Shown: positions 9,649 through 20,440, counted from the stretch's first letter. The stretch: DNA of 64,000 nucleotides from Fibrobacteria bacterium (GCA_043745805.1 JAYTSD010000014.1:1-64000); one strand, 5' to 3'. Translations and numbers: made by a program. Notes: generated from the letters alone by a model not told the origin.

Positions 9649-9760
9649 TTCACGTCTTTCAAACTAACTGGAAACAAAAAACCTGTACTCGCACGTAATA
9701 CTTGGTATAATGATTAAAGCTAATTAACTTTTTCGCAGTTCTTTTTCAGGAGGCAAGCCG

Positions 9761-10210
9761 TTGTCATCGGATATAGTCAAAGATTTGGAACAAGCCTATG
9801 AGTGCGGAGAATTGGAAGAACTGAAAGAAAGTATTCTTCCTTTCATTAGAACTAATCGCGAAAAACTAATGCAGTTCATTGATGAGTTTCAAAAAATCGA
9901 AGGGCCATGCTCGCTCGACTTATTAATAAAAGTATTTATCATCCAGCACAATATGCCTTTTAATATGCGCAGCTATATGACGCGGCAAAGTGATCTCATT
10001 CAAAAAGAAATAACTCCCGGCGCCGATTTAACCGATCGTCAGAAACAAGTCTCCGAATGGATTCGTAAAAAAGCGGGCGATCATCGTAGTATTTCGATGT
10101 TTCAACAGGTGTATTGTTTTGAAAAGCTAAAAGATCAACTTATCCCTTTAATCCACCGAGAACTTTATCAAAGCGAATCATCTGAACCTTTTATTCGCTC
10201 TGGAATATAA
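9761..10210 (+). CDS. Hypothetical protein
   Basis: 149-aa ORF with AGGAGG SD before a TTG start; no recognised motif. Confidence 0.7.
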   Translation: MSSDIVKDLEQAYECGELEELKESILPFIRTNREKLMQFIDEFQKIEGPCSLDLLIKVFIIQHNMPFNMRSYMTRQSDLIQKEITPGADLTDRQKQVSEWIRKKAGDHRSISMFQQVYCFEKLKDQLIPLIHRELYQSESSEPFIRSGI

Positions 10211-10998
10211 TTTTCGCGCATTAAAATAATGCGTTTTTGCTCCCCTAAAAAATCCACGATTATTTGCAATAGTGTTTTTGGCAAACCCTGCCAAGAATGA
10301 TCAACTGCTAAAGTATTTATTTCTAAGAGGGTTTTTATTTTTCCCTGAGCAAACAAATAACGGTACAGCAATTTGAGTATGGCCGCTTCATTTGTTCCAT
10401 AACCTAGTTTGCGTAAACCCATTTCATTAATCCCTGCATAACGCAAAGGCTCTCCTAGGGCTTTGGTGAAAGGCAAAAGGTCTTTATCCACTCTTAATCC
10501 ACCCCCCACAAAACAGCCTATGCCAATAGTAACGAATTGATGAATACCAGTTAACCCCGATATGACGGTATCGGATCCAATACGTACATGTCCACCCATT
10601 TGCACCGCATTCGCTAATACGACTCGATCACCAATCACACAATCATGCGCCACATGCGTATAGGCCATTAATAAGCAATCGATTCCAACCTTGGTAAAAC
10701 CGGTTGCCCGCGTCCCTTTATTCACCGTAACATATTCGCGAATTTGCGTACCTGCTCCAATAAAAGTTTGCGTCACCTCGCCTTGATACTTCAAGTCTTG
10801 CGGTTTATTACCTATCAAGGCACCGTCGAAAAGATGCACTCCCGTTCCAAGCGTAACACCTGAGTAAACATGGCAAAAAGCATCGAGCGTGATATTTGTA
10901 CCCAGTTGCACATCAATTTCTACTTGTGCGAAGGGGCCAATATTTATATTCTCAGGAATAGGCGACAGAATGCATGCCGAGGCAGAAATTTTTACCAT
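10168..10998 (-). CDS. lpxA: UDP-N-acetylglucosamine O-acyltransferase
   Basis: PQDLKY, IREYVTVNKGT, LMAYTHVAHDC, IHQF; located after fabZ. Confidence 0.93.
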   Translation of the reverse strand: MVKISASACILSPIPENINIGPFAQVEIDVQLGTNITLDAFCHVYSGVTLGTGVHLFDGALIGNKPQDLKYQGEVTQTFIGAGTQIREYVTVNKGTRATGFTKVGIDCLLMAYTHVAHDCVIGDRVVLANAVQMGGHVRIGSDTVISGLTGIHQFVTIGIGCFVGGGLRVDKDLLPFTKALGEPLRYAGINEMGLRKLGYGTNEAAILKLLYRYLFAQGKIKTLLEINTLAVDHSWQGLPKTLLQIIVDFLGEQKRIILMRENYIPERIKGSDDSL

Positions 10999-10999
10999 C

Positions 11000-11476
11000 T
11001 TAAACCATGGACGCTTTGATAATAGCCTCTGCTACCACCTGTCCATCGGCTTCTGCGCTAGCACGTAACACTGCAAAACCACGACGATATTTTTCCAACT
11101 CCGCTTTCAGTGTTAATACATGCCCTGGTCTAACCGGTTTGCGAAAACGGCATTCTTCAATTCCCGCAAAAGCTGGGCGTTTGCCAGCCGAGTCTTCGGG
11201 ATACGATAATGCCACCAAAATACAGGAAACTTGAGCCAAAGCCTCGATTTGTAAAACCCCTGGCATCACAGGATCGGCAGGAAAATGTCCTGAGAAAAAT
11301 GGTTCATTAAAACTCACATTTTTTTGACCTACAATATTTTTTTCTTTTTCCAAAGCGATAATTCCATCGACCAGTAAAAAAGGAAAACGATGGGGTAACA
11401 ATTTCAAAATTGCGGCATAATCTAAAATAAAATTAGGATTTCCGGATTGGCCCAGTAAGTCTTCCAGTTTGTTCAT
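11000..11476 (-). CDS. fabZ: 3-hydroxyacyl-ACP dehydratase
   Basis: LPHRFPFLLVD, GHFP, MPGVLQIEALAQ, FRKPVRPG. Confidence 0.96.
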   Translation of the reverse strand: MNKLEDLLGQSGNPNFILDYAAILKLLPHRFPFLLVDGIIALEKEKNIVGQKNVSFNEPFFSGHFPADPVMPGVLQIEALAQVSCILVALSYPEDSAGKRPAFAGIEECRFRKPVRPGHVLTLKAELEKYRRGFAVLRASAEADGQVVAEAIIKASMV

Positions 11477-12353
11477 GGATTAATTTCTCCAATAAAAGTT
11501 GATGTTGAAAATGTCCGCCATTCTTTACCTCAATTTTAAGTCGAGGCAAGCGAAAAGCAAAGATAGCTAAGTCCCCTAGCAAATCTAATATCTTATGCTT
11601 GGCCGTTTCCATCGGCATTCGCCAATTTTGTGGATGGACTAAGGGATAATTTGCCTCAATCTGAGAAAGACTTGGTAAATCCTGTCTAGCCAACATAAAC
11701 TCTTGAATACTTTCGGCAATGAGCAAGCCGCTGTCATTTTCTAAGCCTTGTAATAAAGAATGCTCTTGGCGAACACGTTTGAAATCGGCATAGAACATAA
11801 AAGTTCTTGCCTGTAATATTTCCCTATACATTTCCTTGCTCAATTTTTCAGCATCACTCCATTGTGCGCTTTGCTGAAAATCTCCTCGCGCCACGATATA
11901 ATGCACCGAAAAATTTTCCGCAGGAGTAACTTTCAAGTAACCATTTTGCCAAAACTCTTCTTGTTTTAATTCGGAAGCATATTTCTGCCAATTTGAATCT
12001 TGGATTTCCGATTGAGAAAGCGCACAGAGTGAGTCAAAGTAAATCCCTGCGCTACCATCCAAACCGGGCAATTCATTTCCTTGCAAAGTCACATCTATGG
12101 GGTATTGAGTAAACGGAAGTAAAGCCGCAAATAAATGTTCTACTAAAGCGACTTCATGATCGTCTTTTGAAAGTACAGTGCAATGTTTAGCGGACCGAGA
12201 AAAGAATGCCAATAAATCTAGAGGGATATGTCCTAAAGGCCCCAAATTTAATTTTAGGCCATTACTATCCTCGCGTAACCTGAAGGTAACTGCAACCGGA
12301 TTTCCCGAATGCAATCCTTTTCCTGATATTACGATTTCTTGGGAGTTTGCCAT
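11433..12353 (-). CDS. lpxC: UDP-3-O-acyl-GlcNAc deacetylase (divergent)
   Basis: GKGLHSG, VEHLFAAL, ELPGLDGSA, ARTF, HKILDLLGDL, GH. Confidence 0.88.
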   Translation of the reverse strand: MANSQEIVISGKGLHSGNPVAVTFRLREDSNGLKLNLGPLGHIPLDLLAFFSRSAKHCTVLSKDDHEVALVEHLFAALLPFTQYPIDVTLQGNELPGLDGSAGIYFDSLCALSQSEIQDSNWQKYASELKQEEFWQNGYLKVTPAENFSVHYIVARGDFQQSAQWSDAEKLSKEMYREILQARTFMFYADFKRVRQEHSLLQGLENDSGLLIAESIQEFMLARQDLPSLSQIEANYPLVHPQNWRMPMETAKHKILDLLGDLAIFAFRLPRLKIEVKNGGHFQHQLLLEKLIHEQTGRLTGPIRKS

Positions 12354-13294
12354 TTTTGTTGCGCCAATTGCTTAAGCCAATCGCGTTTATCACGAGCAGG
12401 AAATCCAGCCACAACGGATCCATGAGGTAAATTTTTGGTTACCCCAGAACAAGCGGCCACACTAACATGATCTCCCAATTTTAAATGCCCCGCGATGGAA
12501 GCATTTCCACCCATTCGAAAATAATTCCCAATCATTGTTGAACCCGCAATCCCTGATTGCGAAGCTAAAAATGCATGCTTACCTAAATGGACATTATGCG
12601 CAATTTGTACATGACTGTCTAATTTACTATTCGCGCCAATATGCGTAGGATGCAGTACTCCCGCCGCAATAACCGTTTGCGCCCCCACCCAAACTTGATC
12701 CTCAATATTTACACCTGCCCAATGGGGTATCTCATGCGTTTCCTCTTGAAAGGTATAGAATCCAAAACCCGCACAACCAATCACCGCACCCGATTGAATA
12801 TGGCATTGCTTACCCACTATACAGTTGTCAAGAATACTCGCATTAGCTTCGATTTTTGAGTATTCTCCGATATAGGAGTTTTTACCAATATAAGCACCAG
12901 CACCCACGGTAACATTCCCACCTAAAATGCCATCCACAACCGCCGTAGGATGAATATGATTATCTTGCCCGGCAAGTTTAAATACTCGGTGAATATTATT
13001 TTTTTGCGCCGCAAGCAAAGTACTTAAAGCTGCGAAAATAGAGGGAACATAAAGCGTAGGCTGGGTAAGCATTAAATCTATTTCACTTAGCACCAGAGCC
13101 GCTTTTAAGGACTCGCGCACAGCTAAAGACGTCGAGGCATTGATTAAGGTGAGAGACGTTGGCGTACTATTTTCAGGGGCATCGAGACTTAATATTTCTA
13201 AAGGCGAATCCTTGGAAATATTGCATTCGGTGAGGATTAGTTTCCGAATGCAATTTTGTATTTGAAGAAAAGGGATTGCAGTTTTAAACTGCAA
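12329..13294 (-). CDS. lpxD: UDP-3-O-(3-hydroxyacyl)glucosamine N-acyltransferase
   Basis: Hexapeptide repeats, IGCAGFGF, KLDSHVQIAHNV, GIAGS, GFPA. Confidence 0.92.
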   Translation of the reverse strand: MQFKTAIPFLQIQNCIRKLILTECNISKDSPLEILSLDAPENSTPTSLTLINASTSLAVRESLKAALVLSEIDLMLTQPTLYVPSIFAALSTLLAAQKNNIHRVFKLAGQDNHIHPTAVVDGILGGNVTVGAGAYIGKNSYIGEYSKIEANASILDNCIVGKQCHIQSGAVIGCAGFGFYTFQEETHEIPHWAGVNIEDQVWVGAQTVIAAGVLHPTHIGANSKLDSHVQIAHNVHLGKHAFLASQSGIAGSTMIGNYFRMGGNASIAGHLKLGDHVSVAACSGVTKNLPHGSVVAGFPARDKRDWLKQLAQQKWQTPKKS

Positions 13295-13810
13295 TTATTT
13301 GGCTTCCTTGTTCAAGGCATCAATCACTTTTTGTGTAAGATCATTATCTTTTTTCCAAAAAATAACCGCCCCAGCGGCTCTATCAAAAACCATATCATAG
13401 CCTTCTTGGCTCGCTATATCTTGTACGGTTTTTTTAATCTTGGCGATAATAGGTCCCGAGAATTCCTCATTCTTTTGAAATAAATCACCTTCACGACCAT
13501 AAATTTTTTGCACAAATTGTTCGTACTCACCCTTCTCTTTGAGAAACTCCGCTTCTAATTCTTTTTTCTTTTCTTCGCTGAGCATAAGGCTTTGCTTTTC
13601 TAAGCGATCTTTCATTTCCATTAATTTTTTTTGCTTGGCCGCCGCATCTTGTTCCCATTTGGCCACTTGCTTATCGTATTCTTTTTGTGCCTTTTTGGTT
13701 TCGGTATATTTTTCAAAAACGATTTTGGAATCTACGTGCGCGATTTTTAAATCGCTCGCAAATGTTACTGCGCTAAAACTTAAAATCAAACCTAAAATCA
13801 ACTTCTTCAT
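13295..13810 (-). CDS. skp: OmpH/Skp periplasmic chaperone
   Basis: Signal peptide, KIAHVD, long coiled coil, GYDMVFD, DLTQKVI; between bamA and lpxD. Confidence 0.92.
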   Translation of the reverse strand: MKKLILGLILSFSAVTFASDLKIAHVDSKIVFEKYTETKKAQKEYDKQVAKWEQDAAAKQKKLMEMKDRLEKQSLMLSEEKKKELEAEFLKEKGEYEQFVQKIYGREGDLFQKNEEFSGPIIAKIKKTVQDIASQEGYDMVFDRAAGAVIFWKKDNDLTQKVIDALNKEAK

Positions 13811-13830
13811 ACTACTCCCTAATTTAAAAC

Positions 13831-16242
13831 TTAAAATCCTTGTTCCACTACAAAATTTACTTTCATATCACCCGCAGGTGGCCGACTCTCGCCGCTTTCA
13901 TACGCTTCAGTATTATCGAGGCCCCAACCAAAATCAAAACCCATAATACCTACCAATGGCACTACTAAACGAAAACCAAAACCTAGGTCACGCTTCAAAT
14001 CCGATAAATCAATTTCCGAAATAGGATTGGGGGCGTCTTTTTTGCCAATAGTGTTAAATGGACCGTAAACACCTCCTTCATACTTAGTCAAATTCCCAAA
14101 TACATTTCCGACATCATAAAATCCCATTATGTAAAAAGTATTTTCCACCACCGGATAAGAAAGTTCGGTCACAAAAGAAAAGTAGCTACGGCCTATGCGA
14201 CCCGAACCAATAGAGCCGGGGCTATATCCGCGCATTTTTCCTTGATAGCCTAATAAGCCGCCCATTTGGTATAGCGCATAGCTCTGTACATTTTCACCCG
14301 TAATAAGGCCAAATTCATTTTCTACGCCCAGTACGAATTTACCCACGGTAGGAAACCACCAATTAATTTTAGTTTCGTATTGCGCATAGTCAAAGTTACC
14401 TCCTAGACCTCCACCTACTTTGGTATAAGTAAAGGAGTAACGTGAACCTTCCGAAGGGAAAACTGGCAAGTTCTTATCATCACGCACAACCGTAGCCGAA
14501 ATTGAGGATTCTAATCCCGAAGGCACAATTAAATAATCCGAGTTACGTGATTGACCATTACTATTGAGTGTCAAATTATAACGACCACGAATACTGAAAT
14601 AATCATCGGGCCAAGTCAAACGACGTCCTAAATTGAAACTAATCCCTTTGCGTTCATAATTATTTTCACTCGACAAAAGCGCCTCTTGATAATTATAAAA
14701 AATGGTGCCTCCAATAGAGGTTGGTGTATCTAAAAACCAAGGTTCCGTTAAACCCAAAGAATAAAGTTGTTTGCGTGTGCCATACTCCACACTAGCATCA
14801 AACCGCTGGCCATTACCCATCAAGTTTGGGATTTGCATGCCCAGTGTTCCCACAAAATTATCTCTTTGACTGTATGCAGCTCCTGCAGAAAATGTACCCG
14901 TACCCGCAGATTTTTCGCTCACTTTAACCACCAAATCCACATCGCTGGCATCCCCATCTTTAACCGGTTCCACATTGGGCTCCACATTATCAAAAAAGTT
15001 TAATTGCATAATATCGCGTTGCGAACGCATCACTAAAGACTGTCTAAAAATATCCCCTGGAAATAAACGTACTTCCCGACGAATCACTTTGTCCTTGGTT
15101 TTAGTATTGCCGCGTATATTCACTTTATTGATATGCGCAATACTGTTTTCTTTAATGTTGAATGTTACGTCGACAATGGAATCGCGGTAAGTAAATTGAT
15201 CTTGCAGATCTACAAAGAGGTAGCCTTCTTCGCGATAAGCAGATTGTACTCCAAATTTCATTGCTTCAAATTTGCGAATGTTAAGTACTTCACCGCTATC
15301 CAGAAGCACCTGTGCTTTTAAGGCGGCATCGGGCAAAATATTATTATGGACAAAATATGCTTTACCAAAATGGAATTGGCGGCCTTCATGCACATTGACA
15401 TGAATATCCATTTCTTTTTTATCTTCGGTATAAGTGATTTTATGGTCAATTACATTCGCATCTAAATAGCCATGCTCTTTATAAAAATCCACCAAAGTGT
15501 CTAAGCTAGTGCGAAAATCTTCTTCCTTAAAATCGCCCGACCGCCACCAACGCTCTTCTTTGGTTTTCATGGTTTTACGCAAGTTTTTAGGAAGCATAGA
15601 AGTGTTTCCCGAAAATGTGATATAGCGTACAACGACTTTCTTACCTTCTTCGATATTGAAAGTCACAATTTTACGGCCCGTATCCGCTTCTTCTTTTTCG
15701 GTAACATTCACGATACATAACAAATAACCTTTACCTTGATAAAGTTCGATTATTTTTTGGCGATTTTTTTCCACCGCCGAACGGGAGTAAACTTGGCCAT
15801 CAAGTAAATCCATTACGGCCTTTATGTCATCATCTTTAACTTTTTTTAAACCCAATAACTCCACCTTGGCCAAGGTGGGTAACTCTTTAACCGTAAAAGT
15901 CAGCGAAACACCTTCCACTGAATCAGGATATTGAATATCCACGGCAATATCGGAAAACAAATTCATTTTGTTTAATGCAGTAACCGAGGCTTGCACTTTT
16001 TGTTTTAAAACTGGAGGCAAATAGCTTTCCGCTTTTTGTACCTGCAAAGAGGCAATAATTAACGATTTATCAATGGTTTTATTCCCTTCGACTTTAATAT
16101 CAACCACTTTAATATCCTTCACCGGATTACGGAAGGAAGGGGCTGAAGCAGGGTTTTGTGCCGGTAGCTGCAACTGAGCTTGTACTGTAAAAACCGGCAA
16201 AAGGAGAACCGAAAGGAGGCATAGTGTTTTGCGAATGGACAA
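13831..16242 (-). CDS. bamA: Outer membrane protein assembly factor BamA
   Basis: POTRA repeats (VEGNK, GNTKTKDKVIRRE), EPWFLD, MRGY, C-terminal F. Confidence 0.95.
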   Translation of the reverse strand: MSIRKTLCLLSVLLLPVFTVQAQLQLPAQNPASAPSFRNPVKDIKVVDIKVEGNKTIDKSLIIASLQVQKAESYLPPVLKQKVQASVTALNKMNLFSDIAVDIQYPDSVEGVSLTFTVKELPTLAKVELLGLKKVKDDDIKAVMDLLDGQVYSRSAVEKNRQKIIELYQGKGYLLCIVNVTEKEEADTGRKIVTFNIEEGKKVVVRYITFSGNTSMLPKNLRKTMKTKEERWWRSGDFKEEDFRTSLDTLVDFYKEHGYLDANVIDHKITYTEDKKEMDIHVNVHEGRQFHFGKAYFVHNNILPDAALKAQVLLDSGEVLNIRKFEAMKFGVQSAYREEGYLFVDLQDQFTYRDSIVDVTFNIKENSIAHINKVNIRGNTKTKDKVIRREVRLFPGDIFRQSLVMRSQRDIMQLNFFDNVEPNVEPVKDGDASDVDLVVKVSEKSAGTGTFSAGAAYSQRDNFVGTLGMQIPNLMGNGQRFDASVEYGTRKQLYSLGLTEPWFLDTPTSIGGTIFYNYQEALLSSENNYERKGISFNLGRRLTWPDDYFSIRGRYNLTLNSNGQSRNSDYLIVPSGLESSISATVVRDDKNLPVFPSEGSRYSFTYTKVGGGLGGNFDYAQYETKINWWFPTVGKFVLGVENEFGLITGENVQSYALYQMGGLLGYQGKMRGYSPGSIGSGRIGRSYFSFVTELSYPVVENTFYIMGFYDVGNVFGNLTKYEGGVYGPFNTIGKKDAPNPISEIDLSDLKRDLGFGFRLVVPLVGIMGFDFGWGLDNTEAYESGESRPPAGDMKVNFVVEQGF

Positions 16243-16276
16243 TTGAATTTCCCGATTTTAAACCGGATCAATATAT

Positions 16277-16304
16277 AAAAGCCCCGTCGAATAGACAGGG
16301 CTTT
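16277..16304 (-). terminator. Probable intrinsic terminator after clpC
   Basis: Minus strand AAAGCCCTGTC-TATTC-GACGGGGCTTT followed by TATAT. Confidence 0.6.
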
Positions 16305-16398
16305 AAGTGAATTTCCCTAGGCTTTACATTTGTTTTACAAAGGCTTAAATCTCTGCTGCCAAAATCCCTAGGAAGGACTTGGAAACAGAGTTAAAAAA

Positions 16399-18906
16399 CT
16401 ATGGCGCTTCTTTGCTTTCTGTAGCCTCTTTATCGCTCTCTTTTTTGCCCTTAGGAGCATTTGAAGTAGGCGTAAAGGTTAATACATCACCTTTTCTACC
16501 CACTTTTAGTAAAGAGTTATCGGTAACCCTGCCGCGGAGAATATCCTCTGCTAAAGGGTCTTCAATGAGCTTTTGAATGGCGCGACGTAAAGGACGCGCT
16601 CCCAATTGCGCGTCAAAACCTTTTTCCACTATTAACTCTCTTACCGAGTCAGTAACTTGCATTTTGATGTCACGAGTGACCAAGCGACCTTCCAATTCGG
16701 CGATAAGTATATCCACAATACGAACCATATCTTTCTTCTCGAGCTGACGGAATACCACCAAATCATCGAGTCGATTCAAGAATTCTGGATTGAAAGTTTT
16801 TTTGACTTCTTCACGCACCATACGATCCATGCGTTCATATTCCGTGTCATTGTCAGCTTTACCAAAACCCAACCCAGTGCCCTTCTTAATATCTTTCGCG
16901 CCCAAATTCGAAGTCATGATAATTAAAGTGTTTTTGAAATTCACTTTGCGACCATAACTATCGGTGAGCTGGCCATCATCCAAGATTTGCAAAAGGATAT
17001 TGAAAACGTCGGGATGCGCTTTTTCGATTTCATCGAGCAAAATCACGGCGTAGGGTTTCTTACGAATTTTCTCCGTCAATTGTCCGCCTTCTTCATAGCC
17101 CACATAGCCAGGAGGCGCGCCAACCAAACGACTCACCGCGAATTTTTCCATATATTCGCTCATGTCAATACGTACCAAAGCGTCTTCGCTTTCGAAAAGA
17201 AAAGCCGCTAAGGCTTTTGCCAATTCGGTTTTACCCACACCCGTAGGCCCAAGAAAAATAAAACTACCCACTGGACGTTTGGTGGAATGCACTCCCGAAC
17301 GCGAACGACGAATAGCCTTAGAAATTACTTCTATGGCTTTTTCTTGACCGACCACGCGTAGCGTTAATTCTTTTTCCATATTAAGGAGACGATTACTTTC
17401 ACTATCGGCCATTTTGGCCAATGGAATGCCTGTCATTTTAGCAACCACTTCGCGAATACTTTCTTCGTCAACGACCAAGCGTTCTTCTTTTTTCTGTTCA
17501 CGCCATTTCTTGCGCATTTCTTCGAGTTCCGCACGAATCGATTCTTGACTATCGCGCAAGCTGGCAGCCGTTTCATAATCTTGATTTTCTACCGAAGCTT
17601 CTTTTTCTTTGACAATAACTTCTAGCTCTTGTTCTTTAACGCGCAATTCAGGAGGTATCGCCAAGCTCGCTAAACGCACACGTGCGCCGGCTTCATCAAT
17701 AATATCAATTGCTTTATCCGGCATAAAACGATCGCTTAAATAGCGATCCGATAAACGTACCGAAGCCTCACAAGCCGCATCCGTATAGGTGACTTTATGA
17801 TGTTGTTCGTATTTGGGCTTAAGCCCTTTAATAATCTGCAAAGTATCGGTAAGGCTAGGAGGCTCTACCACAATGGTTTGGAAGCGACGTTCTAGTGCGC
17901 CATCTTTTTCAATATACTTACGATATTCGTCTAAAGTAGTGGCACCGATACATTGAAACTCGCCACGTGATAAAGCGGGTTTAAAAATATTCGAAGCATC
18001 TAAAGATCCTTCCGAACCACCTGCACCTACGATAGTATGCAATTCATCGATGAAAATAATCACATTTTCATTTTTCTGTAATTCAGTCATCAAAGATTTT
18101 AAACGTTCTTCAAATTGACCACGATATTTGGTGCCAGCCACAATACTGCCCATATCTAAGGTCACCACGCGCTTATTCTCAAGAATTTCAGGAATATTAC
18201 GTTCCACAATTTTTTGTGCTAAACCTTCGACGATAGCGGTTTTACCCACACCAGGCTCACCAATAAGCACTGGGTTATTTTTCTTACGACGCGAGAGAAT
18301 TTGAATCACGCGTTCAATTTCTGGACCACGACCGATAATGGGATCAAGTTGATTTTGTCGAGCCAATTCCGTAAGATCGCGACCGAAATGATCGAGAAAA
18401 GGCGTTTTGGATTTCTTGCGTGCGCCGCCAAAGTCAGGACCTGCAGCGGTTGCCGAGGTGGCATCACCACCGCGTAATACGCGCTCAATTTCTTCTTTAA
18501 CTCTATCGTATTCCACACCAATACTCGCTAAAGCATTCGCCGCAGCGCTTTCATGGTCTTTCATCAAAGCCAACAACAAATGTTCCGTGCCAATATATTT
18601 GTGGCTCATAGAACGCGCTTCTTGCGCTGCAATTTCTAAAACCTTTTTGGCGCGTGGCGTGAAGGGAATCATTTGCCCAATCGTCATCATGCCTCCCGAC
18701 GAGGATATTGACTTCTCAATGTTACGTGCCAAATCATCGAGATCAATACTGAGATTTTTTAACACTGCTACTGCAACGCCATCGCCTTCGCGAATTAGGC
18801 CGAGTAATAAATGTTCCGTGCCGACATAGTCATTACCTAGACGAACGGATTCTTCCCGTGCTAATTGCATTACTTTTTTAACTCTATCCGTAAACATGCC
18901 ATTCAT
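16399..18906 (-). CDS. clpC: ATP-dependent Clp protease ATPase subunit ClpC
   Basis: Two Clp-N repeats (GTEHLLL), [16 protein letters not shown]-type middle domain, [20 protein letters not shown] ClpP-binding loop, GARPLRR. Confidence 0.96.
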   Translation of the reverse strand: MNGMFTDRVKKVMQLAREESVRLGNDYVGTEHLLLGLIREGDGVAVAVLKNLSIDLDDLARNIEKSISSSGGMMTIGQMIPFTPRAKKVLEIAAQEARSMSHKYIGTEHLLLALMKDHESAAANALASIGVEYDRVKEEIERVLRGGDATSATAAGPDFGGARKKSKTPFLDHFGRDLTELARQNQLDPIIGRGPEIERVIQILSRRKKNNPVLIGEPGVGKTAIVEGLAQKIVERNIPEILENKRVVTLDMGSIVAGTKYRGQFEERLKSLMTELQKNENVIIFIDELHTIVGAGGSEGSLDASNIFKPALSRGEFQCIGATTLDEYRKYIEKDGALERRFQTIVVEPPSLTDTLQIIKGLKPKYEQHHKVTYTDAACEASVRLSDRYLSDRFMPDKAIDIIDEAGARVRLASLAIPPELRVKEQELEVIVKEKEASVENQDYETAASLRDSQESIRAELEEMRKKWREQKKEERLVVDEESIREVVAKMTGIPLAKMADSESNRLLNMEKELTLRVVGQEKAIEVISKAIRRSRSGVHSTKRPVGSFIFLGPTGVGKTELAKALAAFLFESEDALVRIDMSEYMEKFAVSRLVGAPPGYVGYEEGGQLTEKIRKKPYAVILLDEIEKAHPDVFNILLQILDDGQLTDSYGRKVNFKNTLIIMTSNLGAKDIKKGTGLGFGKADNDTEYERMDRMVREEVKKTFNPEFLNRLDDLVVFRQLEKKDMVRIVDILIAELEGRLVTRDIKMQVTDSVRELIVEKGFDAQLGARPLRRAIQKLIEDPLAEDILRGRVTDNSLLKVGRKGDVLTFTPTSNAPKGKKESDKEATESKEAP

Positions 18907-18934
18907 GATTCAGCCTCTTTTGTATTCGATGATT

Positions 18935-18972
18935 ATAAAATACTTGTTCTCAAATAAAATACTTGTTCTCAA
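18935..18972. repeat. Perfect 19-bp tandem duplication upstream of clpC
   Basis: ATAAAATACTTGTTCTCAA twice (18935-18953, 18954-18972). Confidence 0.9.
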
Positions 18973-19045
18973 AAGATTTCCAACTCTGTAATTTTTAGCC
19001 TATTCTAGCTTCTAGCCCGAATCCAAAGCGTCGACGGAATTCCGT

Positions 19046-20116
19046 TCAATTTCCGCCTAGATACAATCTTACAACATTTGATCTTAAAAAGTCTTCTTCT
19101 TCCCTACGAATTTCACGATTTTCTTTTACCTGAAAATGTGCCTGTTGCGTGTTTATCCGCAAAACTTCGAGGGATGTTAAAAGTGTTTTAGGTAATATTT
19201 TCAGATAAGCCCCTAAACGTGTCATAGATTGAAAAGATAAAAACTCTGCATAGGGTAAATTTCTCCCTTGCGTCAGTAAATGAAAAGCTTTATGAACTCG
19301 ATCTTCCAATTTACTCGTCTCTTTTTGGAACATATGTTGTTGCATTTGCTGTTCCAAGTTAAAAATGTGTTTCACTTTTTTCATAAAATTTTCTGTGATC
19401 TCTACTTCACTTTTACCTAATCCACCACGCGAGCGAATCCAAAAGTAAAATGTCTCCGAACCCTGTGCTGAATTACTGCGCCAAGGAACAAAGTCTAAAT
19501 TCATGGCATTCAAAGCATTATCCACGGCTTGTAATTGCCTGCTCAACCCTATTGCGGGTAAATGCACCAAAACACTCATTGCAAATCCTGCGCCACATTT
19601 TCCAGGATCGGAATTAAGGTAACCAAGATGTTTCTCCCAGCTCCAAGAAGACAGCGTATTTTTTAAAGGGTTCGCCAATAATTCCAACTGCAATTGCTCA
19701 AGCGAAAGCAGGCCTGGCAAAAACTGTAACCAAGTTAAATGCTCCGATTCATTGATCCAAAGGACTTTTTTTCCATTCTCTAACCATGCGATGGATTTAA
19801 AAATATTTTTTCCACTAAAATCATATTCACTTTCATAACGCAAATGTCTTTCGCTAGCCCATATAGACTCCATTTCACGATCTTTTTCATACAGGGAAAG
19901 GATTTGTATGGGATTAAAAAAAGCAAAAGCTTTCTCTTGAATTGCGCGTGCTTTATCGGGATTGGCAGAAATAAAAAAGGGCATATCTGCAAAATTGCGG
20001 AAAAATTGTAAGCGCGTAAGGATAATGAAAGGGTAAATTTCTTGCGCCAGACCTTGCTCAAGCTTTACTTCAAAATCGGGTAACCAAGGTAAAGAATTAG
20101 CGGGAAGCATGTCCAT
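19046..20116 (-). CDS. mcsB: McsB-like ATP:guanido phosphotransferase-fold protein with degenerate catalytic motifs
   Basis: Between mcsA and clpC; retains GYL, SVLVHLPA, LGKSE, LEDRV, RLG. Confidence 0.75.
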   Translation of the reverse strand: MDMLPANSLPWLPDFEVKLEQGLAQEIYPFIILTRLQFFRNFADMPFFISANPDKARAIQEKAFAFFNPIQILSLYEKDREMESIWASERHLRYESEYDFSGKNIFKSIAWLENGKKVLWINESEHLTWLQFLPGLLSLEQLQLELLANPLKNTLSSWSWEKHLGYLNSDPGKCGAGFAMSVLVHLPAIGLSRQLQAVDNALNAMNLDFVPWRSNSAQGSETFYFWIRSRGGLGKSEVEITENFMKKVKHIFNLEQQMQQHMFQKETSKLEDRVHKAFHLLTQGRNLPYAEFLSFQSMTRLGAYLKILPKTLLTSLEVLRINTQQAHFQVKENREIRREEEDFLRSNVVRLYLGGN

Positions 20117-20420
20117 ATTGCTTTTCCCAATCCTGCATGATTAATTTTAAACGCTGAGCTTCTTCATAATTCTCTTGATGTATAGCCAAAGCGATTTTTT
20201 CTTTTAAAATATTCCACTCTAGTAAATATTGTGAAGCCTGCTCGGGAACAAATACCGAATGGGTTTGCACTTCTTCTGGTAAAATACCATGCACTTCCAG
20301 CAATAAAGGTTTGAGCTCTTCTGCGAAACTTACATAACAACTGGCGCAACCCAAAAGCCGACGACTCTTAAATTCGCTCCAAGTAAATCCACAATGCAAA
20401 CAAATTTTAAGGCCTTCCAT
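20097..20420 (-). CDS. mcsA: McsA-like protein, N-terminally shortened
   Basis: CLHCG..F....LLGCASCY..F...L.PLL..VHG and C-terminal UVR motif (AIHQENYEEAQRLK). Confidence 0.8.
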   Translation of the reverse strand: MEGLKICLHCGFTWSEFKSRRLLGCASCYVSFAEELKPLLLEVHGILPEEVQTHSVFVPEQASQYLLEWNILKEKIALAIHQENYEEAQRLKLIMQDWEKQYGHASR

Positions 20421-20440
20421 GCTAGAATCAGATTTGCTTT

